From assembly GCA_021798115.1 (NCBI GenBank), contig JAJZYM010000002.1, positions 166,687 to 230,686 of the forward strand: a stretch of 64,000 nucleotides of DNA, read 5' to 3'. Source of the DNA: Pseudomonadota bacterium. Lineage in GTDB: Bacteria > Pseudomonadota > Gammaproteobacteria > JAKAQQ01. The notes beneath the pieces are model-generated. The model searched no databases, was not told the DNA's origin, and was given only the letters and a program-made list of their open reading frames with translations. Positions 45,420 to 56,493 of the stretch are shown here, one piece after another. The position numbers and the translations under genes were made by a program. Position 1 is the stretch's first letter; each line of letters starts with the position of its first letter.

Positions 45420-46202
45420 TCAGGTCTCGCGGGCCACCATCATTTTTTTGATTTCACCGATGGCCTTGGCGGGATTGAGCCCCTTGGGGCAGGTGTTCGT
45501 GCAATTCATAATGGTGTGGCAACGGTAGAGACGAAACGGGTCTTCCAAAGACTCGAGACGCTCCCCTTTGGCCAAATCGCGGCTGTCCGCAAGCCAGCGG
45601 TACGCCTGAAGAAGTACGGCAGGGCCGAGATATTTCTCGGGGTTCCACCAGTAACTGGGACAGGCCGTCGAGCAGCAGGCACACAGGATGCACTCGTAGA
45701 GGCCGTCGAGCTTGGCGCGGTCCTCGTGGGTCTGAAGGCGTTCGCGATCGCCCGCCGGGGTGTCGTTCTTGATCCAGGGTTCAATGAGCGCGTACTGGGC
45801 GTAAAGGTTTTCGAGATCAGGAACGAGATCGCGAAGGACCGGCATGTGCGGAAGCGGGTAGATCTTGATATCGCCCTTGACGGTGTCGATCGCCTTGGTG
45901 CAAGCGAGAGTGTTCATTCCCCCGATGTTCATGGCGCACGAGCCGCACACCCCCTCACGGCAGGAGCGGCGGAACGAAAGCGTCGGGTCGATCTCGTTCT
46001 TGATGTGGATGAGTGCGTCGAGGACCATGGGTCCCACCCGGTCGAGATCGAGTTCGTAGACGTCCATGCGTGGGACGGCGGGCGATTCTTCCGGATTGAA
46101 GCGGTAGATGTGAAAACGCCGAACGCGCTTGGCTTCGTGATCAAGACGGTGCGTGCGGCCGGGCCGGAGGCGGGAGTGTTCGGGAAGACGCAGCTGAACC
46201 AT
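45420..46202 (-). CDS. sdhB: Succinate dehydrogenase iron-sulfur subunit.
   Basis: [45 protein letters not shown]. Confidence 0.95.
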   Translation of the reverse strand: MVQLRLPEHSRLRPGRTHRLDHEAKRVRRFHIYRFNPEESPAVPRMDVYELDLDRVGPMVLDALIHIKNEIDPTLSFRRSCREGVCGSCAMNIGGMNTLACTKAIDTVKGDIKIYPLPHMPVLRDLVPDLENLYAQYALIEPWIKNDTPAGDRERLQTHEDRAKLDGLYECILCACCSTACPSYWWNPEKYLGPAVLLQAYRWLADSRDLAKGERLESLEDPFRLYRCHTIMNCTNTCPKGLNPAKAIGEIKKMMVARET

Positions 46203-46226
46203 GGAAGGAATCTCCGGAGAGGTCGG

Positions 46227-48008
46227 TCAGTAGACGCGGGCCTTGAGAGGGATCGAAGGAACCTCGCCGCTCAGGGGTTCGAGGTGCACGGGACGGTACG
46301 CAAACGACAGGCGCCCCTCGGCATCGAGGGTGGCCTGCGTGTGCTTGAGCCAGTTTTTGTCGTCACGCTTGGGAAAATCTTCCCGCGCGTGGGCTCCACG
46401 GGATTCTTCGCGACGAAGGGCACTTTCCGCCGTCACGGTCGCGCAGGCCAGGAGATTCTCGTACTCGAGCGTCTCGACGAGATCCGTGTTCCACACGAGG
46501 CCGTGATCGGAAAGACGAATGTCCTGCGTCGCCTTGCGGAGTTCCGCAAGATCTCGGCAGGCTTGTTCGAGAGTTTCTTTCGTGCGAAACACGCTCGCCT
46601 CGGATTGCATCGTTCTCTGCATCCGTTCGCGAAGGCGCGCGGTGGGCTCCGAGCCTGCCGCGTTTCGAAGGGCGTCGAAGCGGGCGAGGATCCGATCCGT
46701 CGTTTCTTCGGGGAGCGCGGGAAGGCGGGCGTCCGCCGTCAGGATTTCACCGCAGCGAAGCGCGGTGGCCCGACCGAACACGACGAGATCGAGCAGTGAG
46801 TTGGATCCGAGCCGGTTGGCACCGTGGACGGAAACGCACGCCGTTTCACCGACGGCGAACACTCCGGGAACGATCTCATCACGGCCTTGGCTATCAACCC
46901 GGCGGACCTCGCCGTGGTAATTGGCGGGGATCCCGCCCATGTTGTAGTGAGCGGTCGGAAGAACGGGGATCGGTTCCTTGGTGACGTCGACACCGGCGAA
47001 GATCCGGGCCGTTTCGGCGATACCGGGCAGACGTTCGTGTATCAGTGCGGGATCGAGATGTTCGAGATGCAGATGCGCGTGATCTTTGCGCGGGCCGACG
47101 CCGCGTCCTTCACGAATCTCGACGGTGATGGCACGTGAGACGACGTCGCGCGAGGCGAGATCCTTGGCATGGGGCGCGTAACGCTCCATGAACCTTTCGC
47201 CTTCGCTGTTCGTGAGGTAGCCGCCTTCGCCGCGCACGCCCTCGGTGATGAGGCAGCCGGCTCCGTAAATCCCGGTCGGATGAAACTGCACGAACTCCAT
47301 GTCCTCGAGCGGAAGACCGGCACGGAGCGCCATGCCGTTGCCGTCACCCGTGCAGGTGTGCGCCGAGGTGCACGAGAGATAACTCCGCCCGTAACCGCCG
47401 GTGGCGAGAACGGTCGCCTGCGCGCGGAACCGATGAAGCGTCCCGTCCGCGAGGTTCCAGGCGAGCACGCCGTGCACCTGCCCGTCGTGAACGAGAAGAT
47501 CGATGGCAAAATATTCAACGAAGAAGTTCACGCGGTGGCGCAGCGCCTGCTGATAGAGGGTGTGGAGGATGGCGTGCCCCGTCCGATCGGCGGCGGCGCA
47601 GGTACGCTGCGCGGTGCCTTCTCCGAAGCGGGTTGTCATCCCGCCAAACGCCCGTTGGTAGATTTTCCCGTCCTCGCAGCGCGAGAAGGGCACCCCGTAG
47701 TGCTCGAGTTCGACGACCGCGCGAACGGCTTCCCGACACATGTATTCGATGGCGTCCTGATCGCCGAGCCAGTCCGACCCTTTCACGGTGTCGTACATGT
47801 GCCAGCTCCAGTGGTCCTCCCCCATGTTGCCGAGCGAGGCGCTGATTCCCCCTTGAGCGGCCACCGTGTGGCTGCGCGTCGGAAAGACTTTTGTCACACA
47901 GGCGGTCGATAGCCCAAGCTCGGCGAGGCCCACCGCAGCCCGGAGGCCCGAGCCCCCCGCGCCGACGACGACCACATCGTGGCTGTGATCAATGACGGTG
48001 TAGGCCAT
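46227..48008 (-). CDS. sdhA: Succinate dehydrogenase flavoprotein subunit.
   Basis: [25 protein letters not shown]..., [11 protein letters not shown] (FAD-linking His), HPTGIYGAG. Start at 48008, not the 48221 extension. Confidence 0.95.
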   Translation of the reverse strand: MAYTVIDHSHDVVVVGAGGSGLRAAVGLAELGLSTACVTKVFPTRSHTVAAQGGISASLGNMGEDHWSWHMYDTVKGSDWLGDQDAIEYMCREAVRAVVELEHYGVPFSRCEDGKIYQRAFGGMTTRFGEGTAQRTCAAADRTGHAILHTLYQQALRHRVNFFVEYFAIDLLVHDGQVHGVLAWNLADGTLHRFRAQATVLATGGYGRSYLSCTSAHTCTGDGNGMALRAGLPLEDMEFVQFHPTGIYGAGCLITEGVRGEGGYLTNSEGERFMERYAPHAKDLASRDVVSRAITVEIREGRGVGPRKDHAHLHLEHLDPALIHERLPGIAETARIFAGVDVTKEPIPVLPTAHYNMGGIPANYHGEVRRVDSQGRDEIVPGVFAVGETACVSVHGANRLGSNSLLDLVVFGRATALRCGEILTADARLPALPEETTDRILARFDALRNAAGSEPTARLRERMQRTMQSEASVFRTKETLEQACRDLAELRKATQDIRLSDHGLVWNTDLVETLEYENLLACATVTAESALRREESRGAHAREDFPKRDDKNWLKHTQATLDAEGRLSFAYRPVHLEPLSGEVPSIPLKARVY

Positions 48009-48010
48009 GC

Positions 48011-48388
48011 TTACCTCACGAAGAGAAGCCGCAAGAGCTCGAAGACGTCGATCGCGAACACGAAGGCCAATCCCAGACGAAAGGCCCAGAGGAGCACGAA
48101 CCGGCTCGCGAGCGCGGGCGCGTAGTCTTTGACCACGCTCTCGAGTCCGCACAGAAGATGGTAGAAGAGAGCGGCAAGAAAGAGTGCAAAGAAAAACGCT
48201 GTCCACGGCCGTTCCAGCCAAAGAAGCGCCGTGGCGCGCCCGCGGTCCAGAATCAGCGGGAAAACCGTGAGGAGCCAGAAAACGAAGGCGATGAGAGCCA
48301 CAGCGCTCAGGCGTTGGCCGAGCCAGGAGCGGCTCCCCCGGCGGCTGGAGCCCAAACCGTGAACCCGGGCGTTGACGTCGTCGATCAC
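48011..48388 (-). CDS. sdhD: Succinate dehydrogenase membrane anchor subunit SdhD.
   Basis: It has three TM helices and the heme-ligand region ([15 protein letters not shown]). The GTG at 48388 is preceded by AGGAGG with a 9-nt spacer. Confidence 0.8.
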   Translation of the reverse strand: MIDDVNARVHGLGSSRRGSRSWLGQRLSAVALIAFVFWLLTVFPLILDRGRATALLWLERPWTAFFFALFLAALFYHLLCGLESVVKDYAPALASRFVLLWAFRLGLAFVFAIDVFELLRLLFVR

Positions 48389-48401
48389 AGTGATCCCCCT
48401 C

Positions 48402-48782
48402 CTAGACGAGCCGCGGGATCCAGAAGACGATCGTGAGCGCAAGACTCAAGACGACGACCGTCCAGCCGGTGGCGACGTAGCGCGCGCGTTCGAATCCCCA
48501 GCCGAGATCCCAGAAAAGATGCCGAAGGCCGTTCAACAAATGATAAAAAAGCGCCCAGCTCCAGGTGACGAGAAAAAAGATCCCGAACGGCGTATGGAAG
48601 AACCCCACGTACGCGCGAAACGCGGCAGGCGCGTCGACGAGCATCACGAGCCAGGCGGAAAGAGCGAGGGCTCCCACACCGAGCCAGAGACCCGTCAGGC
48701 GATGCGTGATGGAGAGCACCGAGGTGATCTGCCAGCGGTAAACCTGGATGTGAGGGGAGAGAGGTCGATGAAGCTCGGGCAT
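48402..48782 (-). CDS. sdhC: Succinate dehydrogenase cytochrome b556 subunit SdhC.
   Basis: RPLSPHIQVYRWQITSVLSITHRLTG...HLLNGLRHLFWD. Confidence 0.88.
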   Translation of the reverse strand: MPELHRPLSPHIQVYRWQITSVLSITHRLTGLWLGVGALALSAWLVMLVDAPAAFRAYVGFFHTPFGIFFLVTWSWALFYHLLNGLRHLFWDLGWGFERARYVATGWTVVVLSLALTIVFWIPRLV

Positions 48783-48981
48783 GGAGGTCGTCTCGATCGC
48801 CTTTCAGAAGTCGATGCAGCGTCCGCGTCGCTCCCAGTCACCGAAGCGGGTGGGCTCGGGACCGCTCGGGCCGCCGATTTCGCGCCCAGTCGCATGCGTT
48901 CGCTCGGAGGAATCGGAGGGGCGCAGTGGAGAGGTGACGTTTTTGGTCTTGTTCTTTGTCGGTGGCGTCTCGGTTTTGCGC

Positions 48982-49959
48982 ATGCGCCTATTATACACAG
49001 GCGTTTTCCGCTTCTCACCACCCGTGAGGACGACAGCCGTGGACAGCAACGCAGCGGTTCTCATCCGGCGTTCAGAAGAGGCGCGGACCAGGGCATGGGG
49101 CCCCGCATGTCTCAACGAGACCGTTCTCGAGCTCCGGGGCCCGGATGCACTCGCCTTTCTCGAGAGTTTGTCGGCAACGTCGCTCGCCTCGATTCCCGTC
49201 GGCGGCTGGCGGTGCGCGGCTTTTGCGAACGCTCAGGGACGTCTCGTGGCCTGGGGGCGCCTCGTTTCCTGCGGTGAGTACTTTCTTCTGGCCATTCCGG
49301 GTGAGGGCACGGGGACGCTCCTCGCCGCGCATTTCGCGCGCCACCGTCTCCGGAGCCGGTTCACGATCGAGGCACGAGACGACCTCACCGTCTCAGGCGA
49401 ACCGGAGGGATCCTCCTGGAATCCGGCCGCGGTCGCGGGCACCGTGAGCCGGGGGGGAACGGAAGAGACCTGGAGGCTCGAACCCTCCTCGGTGGTGATC
49501 CGAGGGGCTCGTGAGGGGACGATGGCGCCCGATCCCGACGCCGACCGCGCCTGGAGTATCCGCGAACTCGCGGCGGGGATCGTGCGCCTCCCCGCCTCTC
49601 TCACGGGCACATTCACGATTCCGGCGCTTGGGCCCTTCACCGCCTCGTTGGTCGCGCTCGACAAAGGCTGCTTCCCGGGTCAGGAAGTCGTGCGCAAGAT
49701 GCTCCGCCTGGGGCACGGGAAACGGGTTCTCGCCTGGGCTGAAAGCGACGTCACGTTCGAGGCGGGAGCCACGCTCGTCGATGAGACAGAACGAGAACGT
49801 GGACGCGTCCTCGGCTCGATCGCCGACGAGGGGCGATTTCTCGTTCAGCTCGTCGTCCAGCTCGAAGGCGGCTCGGAACCCCAGGAACTACACGCCCCCG
49901 ATCGCGCGTCCGTCTGCCGGATCCGCGGGCTCATGCCCCCGGTCGGCGCTGGGGGTTAG
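48982..49959 (+). CDS. ygfZ: Folate-binding Fe-S/tRNA-modification protein YgfZ.
   Basis: VLELRGPDALAFLESL and the signature KGCFPGQEVVRKM...GHGKR. The start is uncertain (48982 ATG or 49036 GTG). It is divergent from sdhC. Confidence 0.78.
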   Translation: MRLLYTGVFRFSPPVRTTAVDSNAAVLIRRSEEARTRAWGPACLNETVLELRGPDALAFLESLSATSLASIPVGGWRCAAFANAQGRLVAWGRLVSCGEYFLLAIPGEGTGTLLAAHFARHRLRSRFTIEARDDLTVSGEPEGSSWNPAAVAGTVSRGGTEETWRLEPSSVVIRGAREGTMAPDPDADRAWSIRELAAGIVRLPASLTGTFTIPALGPFTASLVALDKGCFPGQEVVRKMLRLGHGKRVLAWAESDVTFEAGATLVDETERERGRVLGSIADEGRFLVQLVVQLEGGSEPQELHAPDRASVCRIRGLMPPVGAGG

Positions 49960-50014
49960 ACCGCCCGTCTCGGAGAGGGGGTGGCCCAATTCGGGACCGG
50001 CCCGGGCGAACGGC

Positions 50015-51313
50015 TCAACTGCTCCGCGAGGTTCCGAGAACCCGCGACTGCAGGCGCTCAAAACCAATCAGGCGCAGAAGATATCTCTCGTAAAGAGGCT
50101 CTGAAGTGCCCTTGCGCATCTTGCGCAGAAAATATTTTTCGAAAGCGATCTTCGCGAGATGCACCCACACGCCGTCGCCGAACCAGTTGACGTCGCGCGG
50201 CGGAATCTGGGGGACGGCCGCGAAGGCGGCCCCGTTCCAACCGAAATCGGCGAGACAGATCGCCTGCCAAGTGCCCTTGTGCGAGGGTTCCCGACCGGAG
50301 AGTTCTTCCTCGAGATTGCGGCTGATGGCGCCGATCATGGACTCGATCATGAAGCCCGTCTTCGGGACGCCACAGGGGACGGGCGTAGGTCCGACGGGCG
50401 GAATGGCGATGCAGACTCCGGCCGAGTAGATGTTGCGGTACTTGGCATTGCGCTGGCAGGCATCGACGAGCGTGAAACCGCGCGGGTTCGAGAGTCCTTC
50501 GATGCCGGAAACGGCGTCGACGCCTTTGAAGGCCGGGAGCATCATGGCGTGGACAAAAGGAAGCTTGTGGGTGCGTGCGACCTGGCCCTGGGCGTCGAGC
50601 TCCTCGACGTGGAGAGTCCCGTCCTCGACGCGCGTGGTGCGGGCGTTGGTGATCCAGCGGATGTCGTGCTCGCGGAACTCGTGCTCCATGATGCCTTTGG
50701 AGTCGCCGACGCCGTCGAGCCCCATGTGACCGATGTACGGCTCCGGGGTGACGAACGTCATCGGAACCTTGCTCCGCAGCCTCTTTTTCCGCAGAATCGT
50801 GTCGAGGATCATGACGTACTCGTAGGCCGGCCCGAAGCAGCTCGCTCCGGGAAGCGCGCCGACGATGACCGGGCCGGGTTCGCGCAGAAGCTTCATAAAG
50901 CTCTCATGGGCCCGTTCGGCATGATCGACGGTACAGATCGACTGCGTGTATCCCTCAGGGCCTGTCCCGGGAACCTCGTCAAACGCCAGCTTGGGCCCGG
51001 TCGTGATCACGAGATGGTCGTAGGTCACGAACGAGCCGTCGTCGAGGACGAGCCGGTTTTCGCCTGGTTCGACCTTGCGTGCCGCCCGGGCGATGAAATC
51101 AATCTTTCGCCGCTCGAGATACGGTCGGAGAGGAAAAGTGATCTTCTCGCGTGTCCTCCGGCCCACCGCCACCCACGGGTTGGAAGGAACGAACTGGAAA
51201 TAATCCCGTTCGCTGACGACCGTGACTTTGTGCTCCCGTCCGAGCCGCCCACGGATCTCGTACGCGGCGGGAAGCCCGCCGATGCCCGCACCCAAAACGA
51301 CGATGTGTGCCAT
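50015..51313 (-). CDS. sqr: Sulfide:quinone oxidoreductase (type I-like).
   Basis: MAHIVVLGAGIGGLPAA, with conserved Cys contexts QSICTVDH, GASCFGPAYEY and VPCGVPKTGFM, plus a C-terminal amphipathic tail. Confidence 0.88.
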   Translation of the reverse strand: MAHIVVLGAGIGGLPAAYEIRGRLGREHKVTVVSERDYFQFVPSNPWVAVGRRTREKITFPLRPYLERRKIDFIARAARKVEPGENRLVLDDGSFVTYDHLVITTGPKLAFDEVPGTGPEGYTQSICTVDHAERAHESFMKLLREPGPVIVGALPGASCFGPAYEYVMILDTILRKKRLRSKVPMTFVTPEPYIGHMGLDGVGDSKGIMEHEFREHDIRWITNARTTRVEDGTLHVEELDAQGQVARTHKLPFVHAMMLPAFKGVDAVSGIEGLSNPRGFTLVDACQRNAKYRNIYSAGVCIAIPPVGPTPVPCGVPKTGFMIESMIGAISRNLEEELSGREPSHKGTWQAICLADFGWNGAAFAAVPQIPPRDVNWFGDGVWVHLAKIAFEKYFLRKMRKGTSEPLYERYLLRLIGFERLQSRVLGTSRSS

Positions 51314-51518
51314 GAGCCCTGATCCTCTAACGGTGAAAACCGATCGGCACTAAAGGTTGGACGAAGCGTCGCGACCCTTGCGCCTTACTCGTAAGCCTAG
51401 CGCAAGAAATCCCCGCACACGCTCTTCGTTCGCCCCGGATTCCTCATTCTTTGTCCTGATGGAATAAGGGGTGTCTTCACGACCCCCGCCCTCTGCCCGC
51501 GTCCATTGGCGTCTCCGT

Positions 51519-53159
51519 TCAACCGTGACGGATCGCCTCGAGAAGGGCAAAAGCCTCGAGACGGAGGGTCTCGAGGGCGCTTTCACCATGCTCGGTCTCG
51601 CCATAGATCTTGACGATCCGTTCCGTCCCGGAGGGACGGACGAGAATCCACGAAGAGGCGGTCTCGATCTTGAGCCCGCCGATGGGGGCCCCGTTTCCCC
51701 GGGCGTGGGTGAGGACACGCCGGACGGGCTCGCCGCCGAGTCTGGCGATGGGGCATTCTTCCGGGCGCAGGGCGAGGAGCCGATGCCGGTCGCTCTCTTC
51801 GAGCCCAACCTCCCAACGGGCCCCCACCGGGGCCCCGTGCACGGGAGTGAGATCCTCGTAGAGAAGCGCGGGATTGCGTCCGCGGCGCGCGGTCATTTCG
51901 GCGGCGAGAAGCGAAGCCACGATGCCGTCCTTGTCCGTGGTCCAGACCGTGCCGTCGCGGCGGAGAAAAGTCGCTCCGGCGCTCTCCTCGCCGGCGAAGG
52001 CCAGGCGACCGGCGTCCAGTCCCTCCGCGTACCACTTGAAGCCCACCGGTGTCTCATAGACCATGCGCAGACGGTGGACGGCCACCCGGGCAAGCGCCCG
52101 TGTCGTCGCCACCGTCGTCCCGACAGCGGCCGCCGGGGACCAGCCGGTACGTTCCTCGAGAAGATAGTCCGCAGCAACGGTGAGGTAACGGTTGGGCACG
52201 AGAAGACCCGAGCCCGGCACGACGATGCCGTGACGGTCGTGGTCGGTGTCACAAGCGAAAGCGAGATCGTAACGATCCTGGCATTCGCGAAGGCGGCGGA
52301 GCACGTAACTCGACGAGGGATCGAGGCGGATGCGTCCGTCGTGATCGAACGGCACGAACCGGAACGTCGGGTCGACCTCATCGTTCACCACGTCCAGATC
52401 GAGGCCGTAGCGTTCGGCGATGCGCGGCCAGTAGTGCACCCCCGCTCCCCCCAGGGGATCGACCGCGAGCCGTAAGCCCGAGTCACGCACGAGTTCGAGA
52501 TCGACCACCGTCCCGAGGTCAGAGACATAGGCCTCAAGATAATCGTAGCGGCGGACGGAGGGGGCGGCAAGGGCCCGCGCGTGCGGGATGCGACGCACAC
52601 CCGCGAGGTTCGTTTCGAGAAGCCGGTTCGCCTCCGCTCCGATCCGTCCGGTCAACCCATCGTCGGCCACCCCGCCGTGGGTGGTGTGGTACTTGAACCC
52701 TCCGTCGCACGGAGGATTGTGCGACGGCGTCACGGCCAATCCGTCCGCCTTCCCCGAGCGTCGGCCGCGGTTGTAGGCGAGGACTGCGTGGCAGATCACC
52801 GGTGTAGGCGTCGGGCCGTCATGGACGTCGAGGAAGACCGGAACCTCGTGGGCAGCGAGGACCTCGAGCGCCGTCGCGGCGGCCGGCACCGAGAGGGCGT
52901 GGGTGTCAACGCCGAGAAAAAGTGGTCCTTCCACTCCCTCCTCGCGGCGAACCCGGCAGAGGGCCTCGGTAATGGCCAGGATGTGCGCCTCGTTGAAAGT
53001 CCCGTCGAGGGAGGACCCACGGTGCCCGGAGGTTCCGAACGCCACCCGCTCTTGTGGGCGTGACGGGTCGGGACGCCGGTCGTAGTACGCACGGAGCAGT
53101 GCGGCGAGATCGATGAGATCCTCAGCGCGGGCGAACTCGCCGGCGCGCGGATGGATCAC
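51519..53159 (-). CDS. pgm: Phosphoglucomutase (alpha-D-glucose phosphate-specific).
   Basis: [10 protein letters not shown] (active-site Ser), [24 protein letters not shown]; 546 aa. Confidence 0.9.
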   Translation of the reverse strand: MIHPRAGEFARAEDLIDLAALLRAYYDRRPDPSRPQERVAFGTSGHRGSSLDGTFNEAHILAITEALCRVRREEGVEGPLFLGVDTHALSVPAAATALEVLAAHEVPVFLDVHDGPTPTPVICHAVLAYNRGRRSGKADGLAVTPSHNPPCDGGFKYHTTHGGVADDGLTGRIGAEANRLLETNLAGVRRIPHARALAAPSVRRYDYLEAYVSDLGTVVDLELVRDSGLRLAVDPLGGAGVHYWPRIAERYGLDLDVVNDEVDPTFRFVPFDHDGRIRLDPSSSYVLRRLRECQDRYDLAFACDTDHDRHGIVVPGSGLLVPNRYLTVAADYLLEERTGWSPAAAVGTTVATTRALARVAVHRLRMVYETPVGFKWYAEGLDAGRLAFAGEESAGATFLRRDGTVWTTDKDGIVASLLAAEMTARRGRNPALLYEDLTPVHGAPVGARWEVGLEESDRHRLLALRPEECPIARLGGEPVRRVLTHARGNGAPIGGLKIETASSWILVRPSGTERIVKIYGETEHGESALETLRLEAFALLEAIRHG

Positions 53160-54442
53160 GCCCCCTCCCCCGTCGGCGGGCGGAGGATCCGTTCGCCGTT
53201 CATGTAAGGGACGAGTGCCGCGGGGAGATGGATGGCGCCTTCGTCGTCCTGAAAGTTCTCGAGGAGAGCGACGAGGGCGCGGCCGACGGCGACCCCCGAG
53301 CCGTTGAGCGTGTGTGCCCAGGTCTTCTGCGTCCCGATCCGGCAGCGAAGACCGAGACGACGCGCCTGAAAATCACGGCAGTTTGAGCACGACGATATTT
53401 CGCGGTAACGCTTCTGCGAAGGGAGCCAGACCTCGAGGTCGTGCGTGCGGGCGGCGGCGAAGCCCATATCGCCGGCGCAGAGGAGCATCACACGGTAGGG
53501 GAGTTCGAGTTTCTTGAGCACGGCCTCGGCGTGGGCCGTGAGCTCCTCGAGGGCTTGCGCCGAACGCTCGGGCGTGGTGATCTGGACGAGCTCGACCTTC
53601 TCGAACTGATGCTGACGGATCATGCCGCGCACGTCACGTCCGTAGGAACCGGCCTCGGAGCGGTAACACGGGCTGTGGGCGACGTAACGGAGCGGGAGTT
53701 CGTCCCCGTCGAGGGTCTCTCCGCGCACGAGATTGACGAGCGGGACCTCGGCGGTCGGAATGAGGAAGAGCGGCGGGTCCTCGGTGAGTCGGAAGAGATC
53801 CGCCTCGAACTTGGGAAGCTGCCCACTGGCGGTGAGACTCTCGGCGTTCGCGAGATGCGGAACGTAAACTTCGGTGTACCCGTGTTCGCGGGTGTGAAGA
53901 TCGAGCATCAGGGCCACAAGCGCCCGCTGGAGGCGGGCGAGCGGTCCGCTCAGGACGACGAAGCGGCTACGGGCGATCGCGGCCGCCCGCCCGAAGTCCA
54001 TGCCGCGGTGGAGCTCCCCGATCGCCACATGGTCGCGTCGCCCGCCATCCGTCCCCGGCTCCCCCCAGCGGCGCAGTTCGCGGTTGTCGTTTTCGTCGCG
54101 CCCGTCGGGGACCTCAGGCTCGGGGAGGTTCGGAAGACAGAGAAGGAGTGTCTCGAGCGCCGCGTCCAGACGTCGGAGCTCAGCTTCGAGCTCCACCGCG
54201 CGGGCGTCCTCGTCCTGGGCATGCTCGAGAAGCGCGCGTATGTCTTCGCCACGGGCGCGCGCGGCCCCGATCGCCTTGGCCTGTTCGTTGCGGCGGTGGC
54301 GGAGAGCGTCGAGTTCCTGACGGCTTGCGCGTCGCTTTTCGTCAAGGACACGGAACGCTTCGCGGTCGAGGCTGTGACCGCGACGGGCCAGCATTTGGGA
54401 GGCCGCCTCGGGATCGTCACGGAGAAGGCGAATGTCAAGCAT
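53156..54442 (-). CDS. serS: Seryl-tRNA synthetase.
   Basis: [12 protein letters not shown]..., a coiled-coil N-terminal arm, and class II motifs ([31 protein letters not shown]). Confidence 0.95.
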   Translation of the reverse strand: MLDIRLLRDDPEAASQMLARRGHSLDREAFRVLDEKRRASRQELDALRHRRNEQAKAIGAARARGEDIRALLEHAQDEDARAVELEAELRRLDAALETLLLCLPNLPEPEVPDGRDENDNRELRRWGEPGTDGGRRDHVAIGELHRGMDFGRAAAIARSRFVVLSGPLARLQRALVALMLDLHTREHGYTEVYVPHLANAESLTASGQLPKFEADLFRLTEDPPLFLIPTAEVPLVNLVRGETLDGDELPLRYVAHSPCYRSEAGSYGRDVRGMIRQHQFEKVELVQITTPERSAQALEELTAHAEAVLKKLELPYRVMLLCAGDMGFAAARTHDLEVWLPSQKRYREISSCSNCRDFQARRLGLRCRIGTQKTWAHTLNGSGVAVGRALVALLENFQDDEGAIHLPAALVPYMNGERILRPPTGEGA

Positions 54443-54478
54443 GGAGATCGGGTCCTGTGGCAAGTCGTCCGCAACGCA

Positions 54479-55801
54479 TCAGTCGCCGCCCTCCGGAGAA
54501 CTCTCCGCAGCGGGCGAAGCCCGTCGGTCGAGTTCCCGAAGACGTTCGAGCCGCTCTTTCAAACGCTTCTCGAAGCCGCGCGAACCGGCATTATAGTAAC
54601 GGCGGAGTTCCAGCCCGGCGGGCATGTAGACGACACCGGGAGCGTAACCGTCGGGTTCGTCGTGCGGGTAACGGTAGCCCGCGCCGTGACCGAGACTCCG
54701 GGCGAGATCGGTGGGCGCGTTACGGAGATGGAGCGGCACCTCCCGGCTCGTGTCGTGGCGGATCTCACGTTCCGCCCGGAGGTGGGCAAGATAGACGCTG
54801 TTGCTCTTTTCGGCGGCGGCAAGATACACGGCCGCCTCGACGAGCGCGAGGAGCCCCTCGGGCTCACCCAACCGTTCATACGTCTCCCAGGCATGAAGCG
54901 TGAATCCCAGGGCGGCGGGGTCGGCGAGACCCACGTCTTCGGAGGCGGCGCGGAGAAGCCGGCGGGCCACGACACGTGGATCGACACCGGCGTCGAACAG
55001 GCGCACGACCCAGTAGAGCGTGGCGTCCGGCGATGAGCCGCGGAGACTTTTGTGCATCGCCGAGAGAAGATCGTAGTACCAGTCCCCGGACTTGTCGGCC
55101 TTGCGGAAGGCTTCCCCGAGGACACGCCCGAGGAGGTCACGCCCGACCGTCTCGCGCCCGAGGCTCCGCGCGACGTGCGCCGCCACTTCGAGGTAGTTGT
55201 AAAGACGGCGGGCGTCGTGGTCGCAGGCACGGAGAAGGATCGCCCGCGCGTCGGCGTCGAGTGAGAGAGGCGGCCGGGCGGGCGGATGGAAGAGCTCATC
55301 GGTCAGCGCCCGGTCGATCAGCCGTTCGAGCGCCTCCTCCGGGAGCGGGCGGAGGATCACGACCCGCGTCCGTGAGAGGAGCGCCCCGTTGAGCGCAAAG
55401 GCCGGATTCTCGGTCGTGGCGCCAATCAGGACGAGAACGCCCTTTTCGACCCAGGGAAGGAGGACGTCCTGCTGCGCCCGGCTGAAGCGGTGGATCTCGT
55501 CGAGGAAGAGGACCGTTCGCTGGGGAAGGCGCGTTTCGGCCGCTTCGGCGGCCTGGCGGACTTCGCGCACCCCCGCCTGGACGGCCGAGAGGGAAACGAG
55601 TTCGGCGTTCCAGCTTCGGGCGAGAAGGATGCCGAGAGTCGTCTTGCCCGTGCCCGGAGGACCCCAGAGGATCAGGGAGTGGGGTGAGGCGCGGGCCGCG
55701 GAATGGAGCGGGCCCTCGGGCCCGAGGAGCTCGTCCTGCCCGAGAATGTCTTCGAGCGCCTGCGGACGGAGACGTTCGGCGAGCGGCGCGACCTCCGTCA
55801 C
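54479..55801 (-). CDS. rarA: Replication-associated recombination protein RarA/MgsA.
   Basis: LAERLRPQALEDILGQ, GPPGTGKTT, LFLDEIHRFSRAQQD. The GTG start overlaps the lolA stop. Confidence 0.95.
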   Translation of the reverse strand: MTEVAPLAERLRPQALEDILGQDELLGPEGPLHSAARASPHSLILWGPPGTGKTTLGILLARSWNAELVSLSAVQAGVREVRQAAEAAETRLPQRTVLFLDEIHRFSRAQQDVLLPWVEKGVLVLIGATTENPAFALNGALLSRTRVVILRPLPEEALERLIDRALTDELFHPPARPPLSLDADARAILLRACDHDARRLYNYLEVAAHVARSLGRETVGRDLLGRVLGEAFRKADKSGDWYYDLLSAMHKSLRGSSPDATLYWVVRLFDAGVDPRVVARRLLRAASEDVGLADPAALGFTLHAWETYERLGEPEGLLALVEAAVYLAAAEKSNSVYLAHLRAEREIRHDTSREVPLHLRNAPTDLARSLGHGAGYRYPHDEPDGYAPGVVYMPAGLELRRYYNAGSRGFEKRLKERLERLRELDRRASPAAESSPEGGD

Positions 55802-56493
55802 GGGGGCGTTCGCGCCCCTCCCAGCACCGCCGTTCCGGGCGGGGGACGAAAACGGAAGCGCGTGGCGGGGATCGGGGCGTTCAGAACGACCCGGTGAAAG
55901 CGAAGATCCGTGCGTTCCCCCAGTCGGTCGCGAAGCCGCATCGCGACGGGGATTCCCGCTCTCAGGCCGAGGGCGATGCGCTTGAACGGTCCCGGGTGAC
56001 GGGGACGAAGAACGTACCAGTCGGTCCGGCCGATGCGTCCCTCGTAGGTGATCCGGTAGAGCCGGCTCACGTTGCTGTCACCGGCGAGGAGGAGCGAGGG
56101 CCGTCGGCCAAGCTCCGCCCGTTCGGGGCGCACCGTGGCCTGTTCGAGTTCCTCGTCGTAGACCCAGATCCGCCGACCGTCCGCGACGATCCGTTCGGGT
56201 GAGGGCGCCTCGTAAACCCAGGCAAACTTCCCCGGACGAGCGATCCAGACACGGCCCGTGCGCCGGCGGGCGGTGTCGAGTGCAGGATCGTGGACGACCT
56301 GGGTGAACCGCGCTTCGAACGTGCGGGTGGCGGCAAGGACGCGGACGAGCTCCTGCGTCGCGGCCGCCTGGACGGCGGAAGAGCCGGCGGGCGGCGGCGG
56401 TGCGGCGTGCCCGGCGGAGAACGCACACCACACGAAAACCACTGCGGCCAGGACCCCCGCGAATCGTCTCGGGCACCTGCCAACCTCGTGCAT
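55798..56493 (-). CDS. lolA: Outer-membrane lipoprotein carrier LolA.
   Basis: It has a signal peptide, FEARFTQVV and GRVWIARPGKFAWVY. It sits between ftsK and rarA. Confidence 0.85.
   Translation of the reverse strand: MHEVGRCPRRFAGVLAAVVFVWCAFSAGHAAPPPPAGSSAVQAAATQELVRVLAATRTFEARFTQVVHDPALDTARRRTGRVWIARPGKFAWVYEAPSPERIVADGRRIWVYDEELEQATVRPERAELGRRPSLLLAGDSNVSRLYRITYEGRIGRTDWYVLRPRHPGPFKRIALGLRAGIPVAMRLRDRLGERTDLRFHRVVLNAPIPATRFRFRPPPGTAVLGGARTPP

Noticed and set aside
45312-46799. A 495-aa plus-strand ORF, and similar ORFs at 47169-47912, 50159-51322, 61227-62471 and 59891-60910.
   Set aside because: All are antisense or alternative frames of sdhB/sdhA, sqr, lysS or trxB. Compositions are Arg/Gly/Pro-biased, consistent with GC-rich frame artefacts.
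51314-51518. Inverted repeat CTTGCGC...GCGCAAG (~51385-51415) as a pgm terminator.
   Set aside because: The stem is interrupted and not followed by a T-run on the relevant (minus) strand. The evidence is too weak to call a terminator.
53441-55036. A 531-aa plus-strand ORF.
   Set aside because: It spans the opposite strand of both serS and rarA, each of which has strong motifs. A real gene would not bridge two convergently unrelated coding regions in antisense.
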